IMG/VR virus record: IMGVR_UViG_3300046660_000488 | Coordinates: 124,001-188,000 of that record | DNA length: 64,000 nucleotides | Direction: 5' to 3' (one strand) | Shown: one piece after another, positions 63,547 to 64,000 of the stretch | Layout: the number at the start of each line of letters is the position of its first letter | How positions within the stretch are numbered: the first letter of the stretch is position 1 | Notes under the pieces: model-generated | The model's database searches: none | The model's input: the letters and a program-made list of their open reading frames with translations, nothing else | What the model was told of the DNA's origin: nothing | Program-made: the position numbers and the translations under genes

Positions 63547-64000
63547 GCGGCCTTTTCCTTGGCCAGCGAGACGAACATGCGGGCCATGATCCACAGCGTC
63601 TCGTTCTCTTCGATGGTCAGGATGTGGCCGTGTCCACGGCGTTCGTCCTCGTGGATCGACCAGTTGACGCCATGCAGCAATTGCTCAAGGCCCTCAATCT
63701 CCCAATCGTCTATGCGATAGGCGGCGAGGCGCTTGGGGAACCCGTCCAGCAGGGCGCGTAGCTCGTCGAACCGCTTTGGTGTCCGAACGTAGAAACAGCG
63801 CTCGTGCATGTCGCGGTAGGCTGGATCGTCGGCCACACGGAAATCCTTGGGGTACTGGGCGGCGAAGGCTTCGACCGCCTCGATCTCTTTGTGCCCAAGG
63901 CCGTAGATGGCCACGCCGATCCAGTGTAGGTCGTAGAGCCGCATTTCGGCCAGCCAGCGGGGGCCGTCGTTGTAATTAGGGCGTCCGGTCGTCCAATAGG
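63543..64000 (-). CDS. Hypothetical protein, 5'-truncated by the window edge
   Basis: The frame stays open from ATG 63944 to the window end. Confidence 0.55.
   Translation of the reverse strand, partial: YWTTGRPNYNDGPRWLAEMRLYDLHWIGVAIYGLGHKEIEAVEAFAAQYPKDFRVADDPAYRDMHERCFYVRTPKRFDELRALLDGFPKRLAAYRIDDWEIEGLEQLLHGVNWSIHEDERRGHGHILTIEENETLWIMARMFVSLAKEKAA

Noticed and set aside
63543-63944. MRLYDL as another capsid-targeting leader
   Set aside because: The frame is open to the window edge, so this Met is probably internal; there is no (I/L)xE motif or TAAATA.

Overview
A 64-kb segment of a GC-rich T4-related jumbo myophage genome, probably infecting an alphaproteobacterium (Caulobacter-like GluRS, AspRS and XRE regulator). 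Recognisable content: neck proteins (gp13-like, gp14-like), a gp15-like tail completion protein, a GH19 endolysin, eight CCA-encoding tRNAs limited to Gly, Glu and Asp, four aminoacyl-tRNA synthetases (Cys, Asp, Glu and a minimal Val enzyme lacking its editing domain), Pth2, an RNA ligase, a complete prkA/yeaG-yeaH-spoVR/ycgB operon, GalE and three glycosyltransferases, Adk, dCMP deaminase, a sirtuin, AlkB-like, MazG-like and CYTH proteins, and an Acb1-like 2H phosphodiesterase. Four hidden layers stand out. (1) About 20 TAAATA T4-type late promoters, seven exactly 5 nt before an ATG, implying leaderless late mRNAs. (2) A recurring design in which a gene's own promoter lies inside a hairpin whose 3' arm covers the RBS or start codon, so only the proximal transcript should be translated. 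(3) A family of late proteins with a short N-terminal (I/L)xE leader resembling T4 capsid-targeting sequences, fused to Acb1-, ParB- and ART-like cargo. (4) Two to three unannotated structured ncRNAs, one with a tRNA-like domain and its own promoter. Apparently inactive terminase-ATPase and major-capsid paralogs may be decoys. All assignments come from manual motif reading; no database search or folding program was run.
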